This document shows, in pieces, positions 49,463-59,498 of a stretch of DNA of 64,000 bases (its first letter is position 1; the number at the start of each line of letters is the position of its first letter). Made by a program: the position numbers and the translations under genes. Location of the stretch: positions 384,001-448,000 of the forward strand of contig CAVTBU010000005.1 in the NCBI GenBank assembly GCA_963733035.1, given 5' to 3'. This stretch comes from Pirellulales bacterium. Its GTDB lineage: Bacteria; Planctomycetota; Planctomycetia; Pirellulales; PALSA-1355. The notes beneath the pieces are model-generated. The model saw only the letters and a program-made list of their open reading frames with translations. It was not told the origin of the DNA and did no database searches.

Positions 49463-51912
49463 ACGCGTGGCACGTGTTTGGAATCGCGGTCGTCTTGCAG
49501 GTGACGGCGATCAGCCTGATCGCATGTCTGTCGATGGCCCTGTTGCAGCGCTGGGCTCCGCTGCGGCACGCGGCGGGCGTGGTGGCACTTACGTTTGTGC
49601 TCGCCAGTCCAATCACTGCTCAGTTGCTTCCCGAACCAACCTGGTTGAAAAGCTTACGGTCTCCAGCCGCGACAGCCGACTTGATGGAAAACCGGGCGTC
49701 ACTTAGAGCGATCACGGAACTACGGCCGTCGCCGGTTATCGCGACAACCAAGCCCCACCTTCACGCGAACGACCCGGTGGATGACGTCGGTTCTAGATCA
49801 CCGTCCGCAGCCAAAGCGGTTCGCGACACGCCCGCGGAACCGAGCAAGCTGGGCGGCCGCCGGAAGTTTCTCGACATCGATTGGAAGGCGTGGTCGCCCT
49901 GGGTTTGCAACACAGTTGGCGCCGCATGGCTGGTGGGCGTACTGGTATTCACTTGCCGCCATTTTATAGCGTGGCGTCCGATTCGTGCCTTGGTGGTCTC
50001 CGCTGGGAAGGCCGCGATCGATCCGATCGTGGCGACCGAGGCGAGGCTCGCCCTGGGCCTGAACGCGCTGCCCCCTGTTTTCGTTTCAGACCTGGCACCG
50101 ATGCCAATGGTGGTCGGCTGCCGGCGTCCCCGAGTCGTGCTTCCGCGAGCCCTCTTGGAAACCTCGACCGCCGACCGGCTGCGCGACGTGCTCATTCACG
50201 AGTTCGCGCACATCCTGCGACGAGATTCATGGATTCATGCCGCACAGCAAGTGGCCGGGATCGTTTGTTGGCCACACCCTGGCGTGCAGTGGCTTAATCG
50301 CGAGATCGCCCGAGCGCGCGAAGAAGTGTGCGATAACTTCGTGCTCGGGCGAACCAGCTCGGTGGAGTATGCGCAAACGCTGCTCGACTTGGCGCAAGCC
50401 TGCGGCCGCACAAAAGGCGCACTATCGCTCTTGGGCTTGTTTACGCGCCGCTGGACGTTGGAACAGAGGATCACAGGCATACTCAGCCCGAGCCGAAGCG
50501 TCTCCACTCGCACTTGGCCAATCGCGCCCCTCTTGACCGCCGTGCTGCTCGGCACGGCGAGTCTGGTCGTTGGCGGCGTGCGGGCGGAACGTGCGACAGA
50601 CGAGCCGGCGCACAACTCAGACACGAAACCGGCGCCGGTCGCATTGGCAATCAAGCAAGCAGATCCAAAAGTGTTTCCGCCGGACGCACAACAGCCGAAA
50701 CGCCCCGACACGCCAACCGGCCGGCTGCTCGACAAACTGGAAGCACAGAATGCCGACAATGGCGTGCGTCTTACCGATCCTTGGCTCCGCACCATGAAGG
50801 AGATTGTCGATCTGGGTCCTCGCGCCGTGCCCGAGTTGATTGCAGAGCTCGACGCCACAAGCGACGAAGCGATGCTGCGTTGTCTCGGTTTTATTCTGCG
50901 GGCGATTGGCGACAAGCGCGCCGTGCCGGCTCTAATTCGTGCGATTTCCAAGACCCTGGTGCCATCGAGTTCAGACTATGGACTGACCGCCAAAGACGAC
51001 GAGCTCGCCAGATTCGCACGGAAGTATGATATGGATGACAACAACGACGTAGGCGATCAGTACAGTTTCGGGCGGCCAATCCGAGAGATCTTCGCGTCGC
51101 TCGAATCGTTAACCGATCAGCGTTTCGACGAGAGTGAGCTGTTTCATACCTTCCGCACCGGCACCGATTCGCAAATGCATCTCAAGCGACTCGCGTACCA
51201 TCGCGTGGCCAGAAAATGGGCCGATTGGTGGGAAGGCAAGGCGCCGGCGCTGATCCGCGACAAGGCGTACTGGAAAGTGCATCTTCCGGTCCCGCCGGAA
51301 AAGGGTGCGCAGGTGGATGGCGCTGCCACCACCTATAAGGTAAGCGAGCGGCACTCGAATTGGATTCTGCAATCAATTTTCGATGCCAAGGCCGAGCGAT
51401 CGCTCTTCGATCTCGATACGGGGCGCACCGCAGGATTGCCCAAGAAATGGCGCAGCCCCGAAGCAATCGATGCACACTTTGACGAGATTCTCGCTTGGGC
51501 TGCCAGCGAAGGCTTTGACTTGCTGGGAACCGACTACGTGGACTTCGACGGTCGACGGTACTTCGCGCTTCGTCAGATCGGCCTACAGGCCTGGGAGTTG
51601 GGCCCTGATCGGTGGAAGAAACTTCCAGCGACCATCCGCATCGACGCCTTGTTGAAGGAGGGCGTCCCTGCCAAGAACTGGTTGCTCCACATCGACAAGG
51701 AGTCCGGACAGCTTGACCCGAAAGCGACTGTTCCTTTCCTGTATATCACTCGGGAGGGCAACCCGGGCGTACTGTATGTTGGGATCGAAGTCCAGGACGA
51801 CAGCCTGAAACCGGGCGGGATTGTCATGGGTGACAGCGAACTGGACCCCGTCGCCTTTACCAAAGGCAGGCGGTTCGCGTTCACCGAATTGATGGAAAGC
51901 GCGAATGAGTGA
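49459..51912 (+). CDS. M56 (BlaR1-type) metallopeptidase with HEAT-like extracytoplasmic domain
   Basis: TM N-terminus, HEFAHILRRD, WPHP, REEVCD, YAQTLL, LEQRI; then LGPRAVPELIAEL...IGDKRAVPALIRA. Confidence 0.88.
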   Translation: MNAWHVFGIAVVLQVTAISLIACLSMALLQRWAPLRHAAGVVALTFVLASPITAQLLPEPTWLKSLRSPAATADLMENRASLRAITELRPSPVIATTKPHLHANDPVDDVGSRSPSAAKAVRDTPAEPSKLGGRRKFLDIDWKAWSPWVCNTVGAAWLVGVLVFTCRHFIAWRPIRALVVSAGKAAIDPIVATEARLALGLNALPPVFVSDLAPMPMVVGCRRPRVVLPRALLETSTADRLRDVLIHEFAHILRRDSWIHAAQQVAGIVCWPHPGVQWLNREIARAREEVCDNFVLGRTSSVEYAQTLLDLAQACGRTKGALSLLGLFTRRWTLEQRITGILSPSRSVSTRTWPIAPLLTAVLLGTASLVVGGVRAERATDEPAHNSDTKPAPVALAIKQADPKVFPPDAQQPKRPDTPTGRLLDKLEAQNADNGVRLTDPWLRTMKEIVDLGPRAVPELIAELDATSDEAMLRCLGFILRAIGDKRAVPALIRAISKTLVPSSSDYGLTAKDDELARFARKYDMDDNNDVGDQYSFGRPIREIFASLESLTDQRFDESELFHTFRTGTDSQMHLKRLAYHRVARKWADWWEGKAPALIRDKAYWKVHLPVPPEKGAQVDGAATTYKVSERHSNWILQSIFDAKAERSLFDLDTGRTAGLPKKWRSPEAIDAHFDEILAWAASEGFDLLGTDYVDFDGRRYFALRQIGLQAWELGPDRWKKLPATIRIDALLKEGVPAKNWLLHIDKESGQLDPKATVPFLYITREGNPGVLYVGIEVQDDSLKPGGIVMGDSELDPVAFTKGRRFAFTELMESANE

Positions 51913-51934
51913 AGAGAACTCGCGACACCTCGCC

Positions 51935-51976
51935 AAATAAAAACCGGGCCGGCGAATCAACTCCGCACGGCCCGGT
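51935..51976 (-). terminator. Intrinsic terminator of the DUF1573 gene
   Basis: ACCGGGCCG/CGGCCCGGT stem followed by TTTTATTT on the minus strand. Confidence 0.7.
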
Positions 51977-52010
51977 GCCCGGAACTGTTACTAGCCAGTT
52001 ACCGCGGTTG

Positions 52011-53003
52011 TTATTTGCCCGCCAGGGGAGTGTTGATTTCGCACTTGACCGGCAGCGTGACGCTTTGGCCATCGTGCTTGTCGGTGATGATCTCGATGTT
52101 GCACGAGGTCTTGCCCGGCTTGTTGGGCACGGTGAATTTCACCGGCACCAGGTGCACTGTCTTGGCCTCGTCCGACGATTGGAACTGGAAGCCCTGCTCG
52201 TCGCAGCGAATATCGACGATCTTGAACGGCTCGGCGGCCTTGACGACGATCTGCTTGGTAACTTCCTGGCCGGGCTGCAACGAACCGAGAATCAGCGTCG
52301 CGGGGCTGACGGTCAATTCGGGAACAATCCGACCTTCGATCTTCACGGGGAACTGGCTGGCACGCCGATCGTTGGTTAGCAGCGTGAGCTGATCGTTGAG
52401 GTAGCCCTCGGGGACATCACCGGCCAGCTTGACGTCCAGCTCGTAACCCACGCGACCATGTTCGCGCTTGATTTCCTTGACGTCGGCCGTCACGTAGGGC
52501 GAGTCGGTTTTCACGCCGGTGATCTGCCAGTCGTTGCGTCCGGCGTATTCGATTCGCACCTTCTTCTCTTCCGGCCGGCCTTCCGCCACCGTGCCGAAGT
52601 TCACGTAGGTTGGGTTAAGAACGACGTCGGTGCGGATATAGCCCTTCACCTGGAGTTGCACTTCGGCCCACTGCGGACGGTCGAACGTAACCGTCACCGT
52701 CGCGCCGCGCTGCCCCGTGAAGGCCTGTGTGTTGAAGCGGGCGACAACCTTGCCGGACTGCTTCGGCCCCAGCGTATCTCCCTCGATCCGCGGCTGGGTG
52801 CAACCACAGCTTGAGCGGACGTGCGAGATATGCACTTCCTCGTTGTACGGATTGGTGACGACGAATTCGTGCTCGATCTTCGCGGCACGCGGCACGGCGC
52901 CAAAATTGATGCTCCGCTCGCTAAACATCTTCTCGGCCCATTGCTGCGCCGACGCCGTGGAAGCAACCAAAGCGACCGCGAGAGTACATAGGATGCGACC
53001 CAT
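52011..53003 (-). CDS. DUF1573 domain secreted protein (Ig-like repeats)
   Basis: Signal peptide, QQWAEKMF, NFGAV, VRSSCGCT, repeated beta-rich domains. Confidence 0.85.
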   Translation of the reverse strand: MGRILCTLAVALVASTASAQQWAEKMFSERSINFGAVPRAAKIEHEFVVTNPYNEEVHISHVRSSCGCTQPRIEGDTLGPKQSGKVVARFNTQAFTGQRGATVTVTFDRPQWAEVQLQVKGYIRTDVVLNPTYVNFGTVAEGRPEEKKVRIEYAGRNDWQITGVKTDSPYVTADVKEIKREHGRVGYELDVKLAGDVPEGYLNDQLTLLTNDRRASQFPVKIEGRIVPELTVSPATLILGSLQPGQEVTKQIVVKAAEPFKIVDIRCDEQGFQFQSSDEAKTVHLVPVKFTVPNKPGKTSCNIEIITDKHDGQSVTLPVKCEINTPLAGK

Positions 53004-53101
53004 GGCTTACCCCATGAAACGTAAATGTGTGGTAGGTGCTCGCTGCGCGAGCAGGTTGGTGTGTTACGGAAACCTTAGTTCACAACAAATGGCACGCACT
53101 C

Positions 53102-53142
53102 AAATAAAAAAGGACCTCACCGCGAAATTCACGGACAGGTCC
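53102..53142 (-). terminator. Intrinsic terminator-like hairpin upstream of the DUF1573 gene
   Basis: Minus strand GGACCT-GT-CCGTGA-ATT-TCGCGG-TG-AGGTCC followed by TTTTTTATTT. Confidence 0.55.
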
Positions 53143-53393
53143 CTGCGATTGGCGCAAAAATAAATTTCAGTTGTTTTCATAATCGAGTCTAACCGGCGGG
53201 TTTGGAAAGTCAAATTTACGGGCTATTGTGCGTGAGGTAATTTGTTCGCCGTGGGTAAATAAATCCGATTGGCGAACGGACGACGCCCACTCTGGCTCGC
53301 CGGCGATCCGCAATAAACGACATTCGCCGCATGCGCCGCGCGTGCGCCCACGGTTTCTGACGAAATGCAAAGCTCGGGCCAATTGGCCTCAAG

Positions 53394-54967
53394 TCAGGGA
53401 GAATTCGAGCCGACGTGGCCGGAATCGGCCTCGCCGGCCGGCGCAGCGCTGGGACGCAATCGCGTCGCTCGGCCTTTGGCCCAGTCGTTTTGAGCCTTGA
53501 GACGCTGCATCCCTTTTTGAAAGTAGTGCGTGCTCAAAGAATCGAAGTGCGCCGCGTACCGCTCGCGCTTAACGGCTTGCCAATCGTCGCTCGGATGCAG
53601 GACGCCTAGCGCGACGAGCATTTCAGCCAGTTTGTCGGCCAGCAGTTGATGCCCCTCGAACTTCGGATGCACATGATCGACGAACCAGTCGGCGCCGGAA
53701 TTCCGTTCGCGCTGACGGACTCGAACAGCGCGACGGCATCAAGCAGTGGCAAGTCGGATTCGTCCGCCACCTTTAACACTACTTCGTTCATCGGCTGCAA
53801 GATACGCAAGGGACAGACGTCGAGTTCTTTCGCCTGCTGGTATGCGGCTTTGGCCTCATCGAGTTTCTCGAGCGATTCCAAGCACTGGGCCAGACTATAG
53901 AACGCACCGGCGTGCCGTGCGTCGAGTTGGCAGGCCTGCCGGAATTCGCTCAAAGCCTGATAGGGATCATAGTGCTCGCGGCGCAGGTGGCGGTGGGCCG
54001 ATTCAATCAAGGCGTCCCACCGGTCAACTGCTTCGGCCGGAAGTTTGGGGTCGTGCTCGGCCTTGAATGGCGGGCAATCTCGCAAATTGCAAGGCGGATT
54101 AACAAGCCAGATCGGCACGCCGCGCTCGCGAGCCATCCGTACCATGCGACGCAGATTGAATTCGTATTGCCCGATGACGCTGGCGTGCCAGGCGTCGTCG
54201 AGGTGGTATTGTTCGAGCCCGCCGCGATAATCCAGCAAGGTCTCCACCTCGGTCGGCAAGACTGGCCGACCTGCTGGGGGATCTTGCGACGAGATTCCCT
54301 GCAATCGCAGATAACCTTCTCGCAACAGCGTAAACGTGCGCAACCGCGAGGCCAACTCGATGGACTCGTTGACAAGTGCGCCCTGCGCGGCGACGTGATC
54401 CAGCGTGCGGGCTTCGAGAAACTCGTTGTGCCCGGTGTAGACGATGATCAGATCGGGCTCATAGTCAAGCACTTCCTGGAGGATCGGCACGAGGCGATAA
54501 CTTGCGTACGACACTCCCCCGCAATTGACCACTCGCCAGGTGCGAGTCGGCTCGGCCGCCTTGAGACTGATCTCCAGCCAGGTGGAGAACGCCGTTTGAA
54601 TATGAAACGGACTCCCCTGCACCGACGATCCGCCCAGACAGAAAATTCGGAACTCATCGTCGGCCTTCTGGGCAGCAAATGAGTCGGCGCAGAAATAGAC
54701 CTGGCGAGCCTTGGGAATCTCCATCCGCGTGCCGTCGTCGCTGGGAACAAACAGGGGCTTGACGGCACGGAAGCCGACAAACGGGTCATCGTGCAGACTG
54801 GGCCGCCCCCAATCGAAGACCACGCAGGCCGCTTCGAAGCCGACCAACGGCAAAAGCCCCAGCAGCAGGGCCGCCAACCGAAAGACCCAGCGACGACGAG
54901 CTGAAACAGGAGACGCCCCACCCGTCTGTGTCCGACCTGCCTCGACGATCACGGTGTCGCCTGCCAT
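53394..54967 (-). CDS. SGNH/GDSL hydrolase with TPR insertion (frameshift near 53696)
   Basis: N-terminal TM; block I CLGGSS, block II NCGGVSY, block III GHNEF; TPR helices; block V DHVHP in the shifted frame (GIPGADWFVDHVHPKFEGHQLLA). Confidence 0.82.
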
Positions 54968-55101
54968 GACGTCTATTGTAATGTGCATGGACGACTACCG
55001 GGACAGAATCGCCCGGCCCTGCATTTGACACCGATCGAGCTTGGATTTGCGCGCCGAACTGGCGAAAATGCGCGCCAAGCATCCTAACCTGGAGAAGTCC
55101 A

Positions 55102-55311
55102 TTGCCCGACCACGCCGATCCACCCTCGCCGGCCGACGACCTCGAGCGTCGGGTGCAGACGCGGCAACCGACGCTCGTGGAAGAGTTTTGGCAGTTCCTC
55201 CGCCACAACAAGAAGTGGTGGCTGCTGCCGATTCTGGTCGCCCTGTTGCTGTTGGGCACGCTGGTCGTGCTCAGCGGAACGGCATTGGCGCCGTTCATGT
55301 ATCCGCTGTGA
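55102..55311 (+). CDS. DUF5989 family small membrane protein
   Basis: EFWQFLRHNKKWWLLPILVALLLLG...APFMYPL. Confidence 0.85.
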   Translation: MPDHADPPSPADDLERRVQTRQPTLVEEFWQFLRHNKKWWLLPILVALLLLGTLVVLSGTALAPFMYPL

Positions 55312-55494
55312 GGCGCGCCACGGAGTTCAAGGCGGAGCGCACTGAAACCATCCGGCCCGCCCGATAGCCGAGCAGTGCTGCGGAGGCGGCTTGCTGGGCT
55401 CCGGCGATAAGCGACTCGTACGGTGGCCCCCGATCGGCCATGAAAAACTGGTGCCAACGGCTCGGCGAAGCGATGCGAAGCGTCGGGTTGCCCG

Positions 55495-56883
55495 TCATGG
55501 CATACTGCATGCTTCCATGCCGACGCAATCCGTGTCGGCCGCTTCGACGTCAACCGACGCACCGAGCACTTCCATCACGCGGGCGAAGCGGACGTCGACG
55601 TCCATGCGGTCGGCCGCCTCGGGCATGCTTCTGTCGCAGGCATGGCGAATTAATCTGGCGTGCCGTGCCAGGGCTGCGCGGTCTGCCGGGCGGCGGGCCA
55701 CGTGGCTAACCGTTGCCACGGCTTCCAGCATGTGGATCATCACCGACGCGCTGGAGCTGCCGTACTGGCGGATTTGATTGAACGCGGCATCCGCGACGTC
55801 GGAAAACGAAACGGCGCGGGTAATAACTCGCAGCTTATGCTCGTCGTCACAGTGATAGGGAGAAGGCATCTTGCGGCGGACCAGTCGTCCGAGCGATTCG
55901 GCCAGCCAGTCGAGGCAGGTGACGGCAGTGAACGGGTCGTTGATTCCCGGCGACAGGGCGCGCACAGCCACCTCGACCATTTGGTCGATGGTGAACTCGA
56001 TATCCTGGTAAGCGGTCCGGTGCAGCTCGAGCAGGAAGGCTTCGTTGAGCCTGCGCTCGAGATCGCCATCGACTTTCTCCGCCGGCCAGATCAGCGCCAG
56101 CGGTTTGCCCTCAATCGTGAAATGGCCGGGCCGGCGCATGAGCCGCACGATGACATCCCGCTCTTTGGCCAGCTTCACCAGGCTGTCGTAGTCGATCGCC
56201 GCGACGTAGCCGTGACCGCGCGACACCACGTCGCGGCCCTGGCGTTCAAAATCATCGGGCAATTGCTCGCAATCGGCCTCTGAAAGGTCGACGTCCTCGT
56301 CCCCCAGCGCTTCGGGCCACAAACTATTGAGGGTTTGGTGCATCTCCTCACTTACCACGGCGATGATGTTGTTGGCCTGGATCGAAACCGCAACGTGGTG
56401 GATGAACCAGATCAGCACGCCCAAGCTGGCCAACGCCAAAAGGATGCCGGCCGCCACCGTGATGCCGGGAACGAACTCCGTTTCGTCGACGCCGTGGACG
56501 CTGCGCAGCGCCAGCAAACAGAAAACGAACGTGCCGGTGAACACACCCAGCACGACCTGGTTGTTGCGGTCGCGGATGAAATTGCGCAATAGCCGCGGGC
56601 CGAACTGGCCGGAGGCCAGCGAGAGGGCCACGATCGTAATCGAAAACACCACGCCGGCCACGGTAATCATCGAGCCGGCAATCGTGGAGAGAACGGCTCG
56701 AGCTCCCTGGGGGCCACCGGTATAGATCCACCATACTTGCTTGGTATTGCCAGTTACTCGGATCGTGTGGTCCAGGGTGATCAGGGCGATCGCCAGGGCG
56801 ATCGCCGCCAGATTCAGCACCATCGGTACGAACCAGTAGCTCGTACGCAGCGAATCCCAGAAGTAGAGTCGTCGGGTCCGCAT
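55495..56883 (-). CDS. DUF2254 family membrane protein
   Basis: SYWFVP, AGSMITVAGVVFSIT, SGQFGPRLL, RALSPGINDPFTA. Confidence 0.88.
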   Translation of the reverse strand: MRTRRLYFWDSLRTSYWFVPMVLNLAAIALAIALITLDHTIRVTGNTKQVWWIYTGGPQGARAVLSTIAGSMITVAGVVFSITIVALSLASGQFGPRLLRNFIRDRNNQVVLGVFTGTFVFCLLALRSVHGVDETEFVPGITVAAGILLALASLGVLIWFIHHVAVSIQANNIIAVVSEEMHQTLNSLWPEALGDEDVDLSEADCEQLPDDFERQGRDVVSRGHGYVAAIDYDSLVKLAKERDVIVRLMRRPGHFTIEGKPLALIWPAEKVDGDLERRLNEAFLLELHRTAYQDIEFTIDQMVEVAVRALSPGINDPFTAVTCLDWLAESLGRLVRRKMPSPYHCDDEHKLRVITRAVSFSDVADAAFNQIRQYGSSSASVMIHMLEAVATVSHVARRPADRAALARHARLIRHACDRSMPEAADRMDVDVRFARVMEVLGASVDVEAADTDCVGMEACSMP

Positions 56884-57374
56884 CAGAATACGCCTGAAAA
56901 ACTCCCTTTCCAAACCGCCGAGGCCGGACTAAAAGATACGTCATGGATCGCGCAGGCCGTCCCTCTCCGACGGCCGGAAACAGCGCGCCTCAATAGCCCT
57001 TCAACACGTCAGTTGCAAAGCGGCAAATGCATGGAACGTGCGAATGAGTACCGGAGCGGGCAAATCACGCAGATCGGGATGAGGCAGTCTGACCTCCCCA
57101 CGAAGCTTGTGCAGACTCAACCGCTTTGTGCGGCCGCGACATCCAATCGCCCAGGCACCGCGTCTTGCGCTGCCTGCGCGGAATAAAGTGGCACAAGCAA
57201 GCCACGATCCGCGTAAAATACGGCCGCTGAGTTCGGTTGCGAGTTTAAGGCTTGCCCGATAGAATCCCTGAACCGTGCAAAGTAGGACGTTGAGCCCCGA
57301 ATCGCGCTCAATCGAGTGCCAAGGCCCCTCACCAGGATCGCAAGTTGTTATCCTGAAAAGTGAAACGTCAACCT

Positions 57375-57451
<77 letters not shown>

Positions 57452-57660
57452 CAATCCGTGACGGCGCCATGCTTTGCGTCGTCGGCCTCATCGAGCCAGC
57501 GACTCGGTTCGCGACGCCGACGCTTTCGATCGGCCACAGAGTGCGCCGGCGCTCGCCTTCGACGGTTAGCAGTTCGAGCCGGGCTTCTGGATGGCTTTAC
57601 CGCTCGCGAAAGGCGCAAAGACCCTCGACGACGTAACAACGGAGGCTTGCAGGCCACATC

Positions 57661-58479
57661 ATGTGTCGCTGGATCGCCTATCTCGGTTCGCCGCTACCCA
57701 TGGAGGAGCTAATCCTCAAGCCCAAGTACTCGCTCATCGAGCAGAGTTACGCTAGCCGAGAGGGAGTCGAACCTACGAACGGCGACGGGTTCGGCGTCGG
57801 CTGGTACGGTGACGATTTGGACGCCGGCGTCTTCAAATCCATCGAGCCCGCCTGGAACGACCGCAACCTGGCCTCGATTGCCAAACATATTCGTTCGCAC
57901 TTGTTCCTGGCGCATGTGCGGGCCACCACCGGTACTCCGATTCAGCAAACGAACTGTCACCCGTTTTCCAAGCGGAACTGGCTGTTCGTGCACAATGGCT
58001 TGATACGCGAGTACCACCAGGTAAGACGCGACTTGGCGTTCGCAATCGACCCGTCGCTGTTCCCAAGCATCGAGGGCACAACCGACACGGAACTGATGTT
58101 CAACCTGGCCCTTACCTTTGGGCTGGAGTCCGACCCCATGCCCGCGCTCGAAAAAATGGCCGGCTTCGTGGAGCAAGTGGGACACGATCACGGCGTCGAA
58201 TTCCCGCTGCAAATGACACTTGGCATCAGTGATGGAAAGCGGCTCTACGCCGTTCGATACTCCTCGGAACACCAGTCTCGAAGTCTCTATCACAGCACCC
58301 ACATCGAAGCACTCAAACAACTCAATCCGGACCTGAGCCAGTTCTCCCGGGACTCCAGAGCCGTCGTTTCGGAACCGCTGGACGACATGCAAGAACTTTG
58401 GGTGCCGGTGCCGGAATCGTCCGCGGTGGTAATAGCCGATGGCCGGATTGACGTACGGAATTTCGTTCCGCGCATTTAG
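57661..58479 (+). CDS. Class II glutamine amidotransferase (YafJ/EgtC-like)
   Basis: MCRW N-terminal Cys, NGDGFGVGWY, AHVRATTG, NCHPF, HNG, GTTDTE, VVSEPL. Confidence 0.9.
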   Translation: MCRWIAYLGSPLPMEELILKPKYSLIEQSYASREGVEPTNGDGFGVGWYGDDLDAGVFKSIEPAWNDRNLASIAKHIRSHLFLAHVRATTGTPIQQTNCHPFSKRNWLFVHNGLIREYHQVRRDLAFAIDPSLFPSIEGTTDTELMFNLALTFGLESDPMPALEKMAGFVEQVGHDHGVEFPLQMTLGISDGKRLYAVRYSSEHQSRSLYHSTHIEALKQLNPDLSQFSRDSRAVVSEPLDDMQELWVPVPESSAVVIADGRIDVRNFVPRI

Positions 58480-58658
58480 CGGTTGTTTTGAACCGACTGA
58501 ACCAGGTCCTCGAGGACCCTGGGACCGCTGGGAGACCTCGTCGCTTTGAGTGCCAAATTCGGCCTGCCTCGGAACGTGGCCGGGTGTCTGGATTTGACAA
58601 ATCGCCAAAATGGCCGCCTTTGGCAGTTCCTGAGTCGGAATTCACGACCATCAACCTG

Positions 58659-58713
58659 TTGACGTACACTCCGGGCGGTGTAGAATACAGCCAGTATTTG
58701 ATACTGAGTCTCA
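58659..58713 (+). promoter_or_regulatory. Sigma70-like promoter followed by a 7-1-7 palindrome (Fur-like box)
   Basis: TTGACG-N16-TAGAAT (58659-58686); TGATACT-G-AGTCTCA (58699-58713). Confidence 0.5.
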
Positions 58714-58766
58714 GTTACAACTTGATAGCTACTTTCGCCGGATTCGGCAGGCCCTCTCCGAGGCGC

Positions 58767-59498
58767 ATGATGTACGACGCCAAACCAGACGAAAACTTTC
58801 CCGGCCCGGCCGAGATCGACCGGCAAATGAGCGATTTGGGCCGCCGGCTAAGAGTCGATCCCGACGCCGGGCGCCTATGGGAGCAACTGGGCATCCTGCA
58901 ATTTGATCGCAACCAGCGGGCCGCCCTTGCGTCACTGGAAACGGCCAGCCTGCTCGTGCCATTGACCCAGCAAGGCCAAATGACCTTGGCCGACTGCTAT
59001 GCGACCGCCGGTTACCCGCAAACGGCTCGTGCTATCTATCGGCATTTGGCCGCGACCAACGATCTGGCAACCGAAATGCTGCCTGACCTGGCCACTGGGC
59101 TGGAACGAGTCGGCCTGTGCGAGTTGGCGCTTGCCGTATGCCGCGATGCGGCCCGGCGGATGCCGGGCTCGGTGGTGCCGCTATTGGGCATCGCGCGTTG
59201 TTTGCGCCGGCTGCGCCGCCCGGCGGCCACGGTACTCCCCTATCTAACGCGCGCGATGGCTCTCGATCCTGCGAACACCGAGTGCCGCATCTCGCTCGCA
59301 TGGACCCTGCACGCGTGTGGTCGTAGCGGCGAAGGCGCCGAAATGCTCGACGGCATTCACGTCGCCACCGTCGAATGCGTCCCTTCGTTGACGCGCATGC
59401 ACCGTGTGTTCGAAGCCGCAGACGAGCAACAGGGTGCAAAGGCGTGCAAATATCGACTCGAAGCATTGGCCGCCCAGCGCTGGCGACATCGCCCATAG
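58767..59498 (+). CDS. Tetratricopeptide repeat protein
   Basis: Repeated TPR-like helical pairs (LWEQLGIL...AALASLETA; LADCY; RAMALDPAN). ATG at 58767 chosen over the upstream extension. Confidence 0.7.
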   Translation: MMYDAKPDENFPGPAEIDRQMSDLGRRLRVDPDAGRLWEQLGILQFDRNQRAALASLETASLLVPLTQQGQMTLADCYATAGYPQTARAIYRHLAATNDLATEMLPDLATGLERVGLCELALAVCRDAARRMPGSVVPLLGIARCLRRLRRPAATVLPYLTRAMALDPANTECRISLAWTLHACGRSGEGAEMLDGIHVATVECVPSLTRMHRVFEAADEQQGAKACKYRLEALAAQRWRHRP

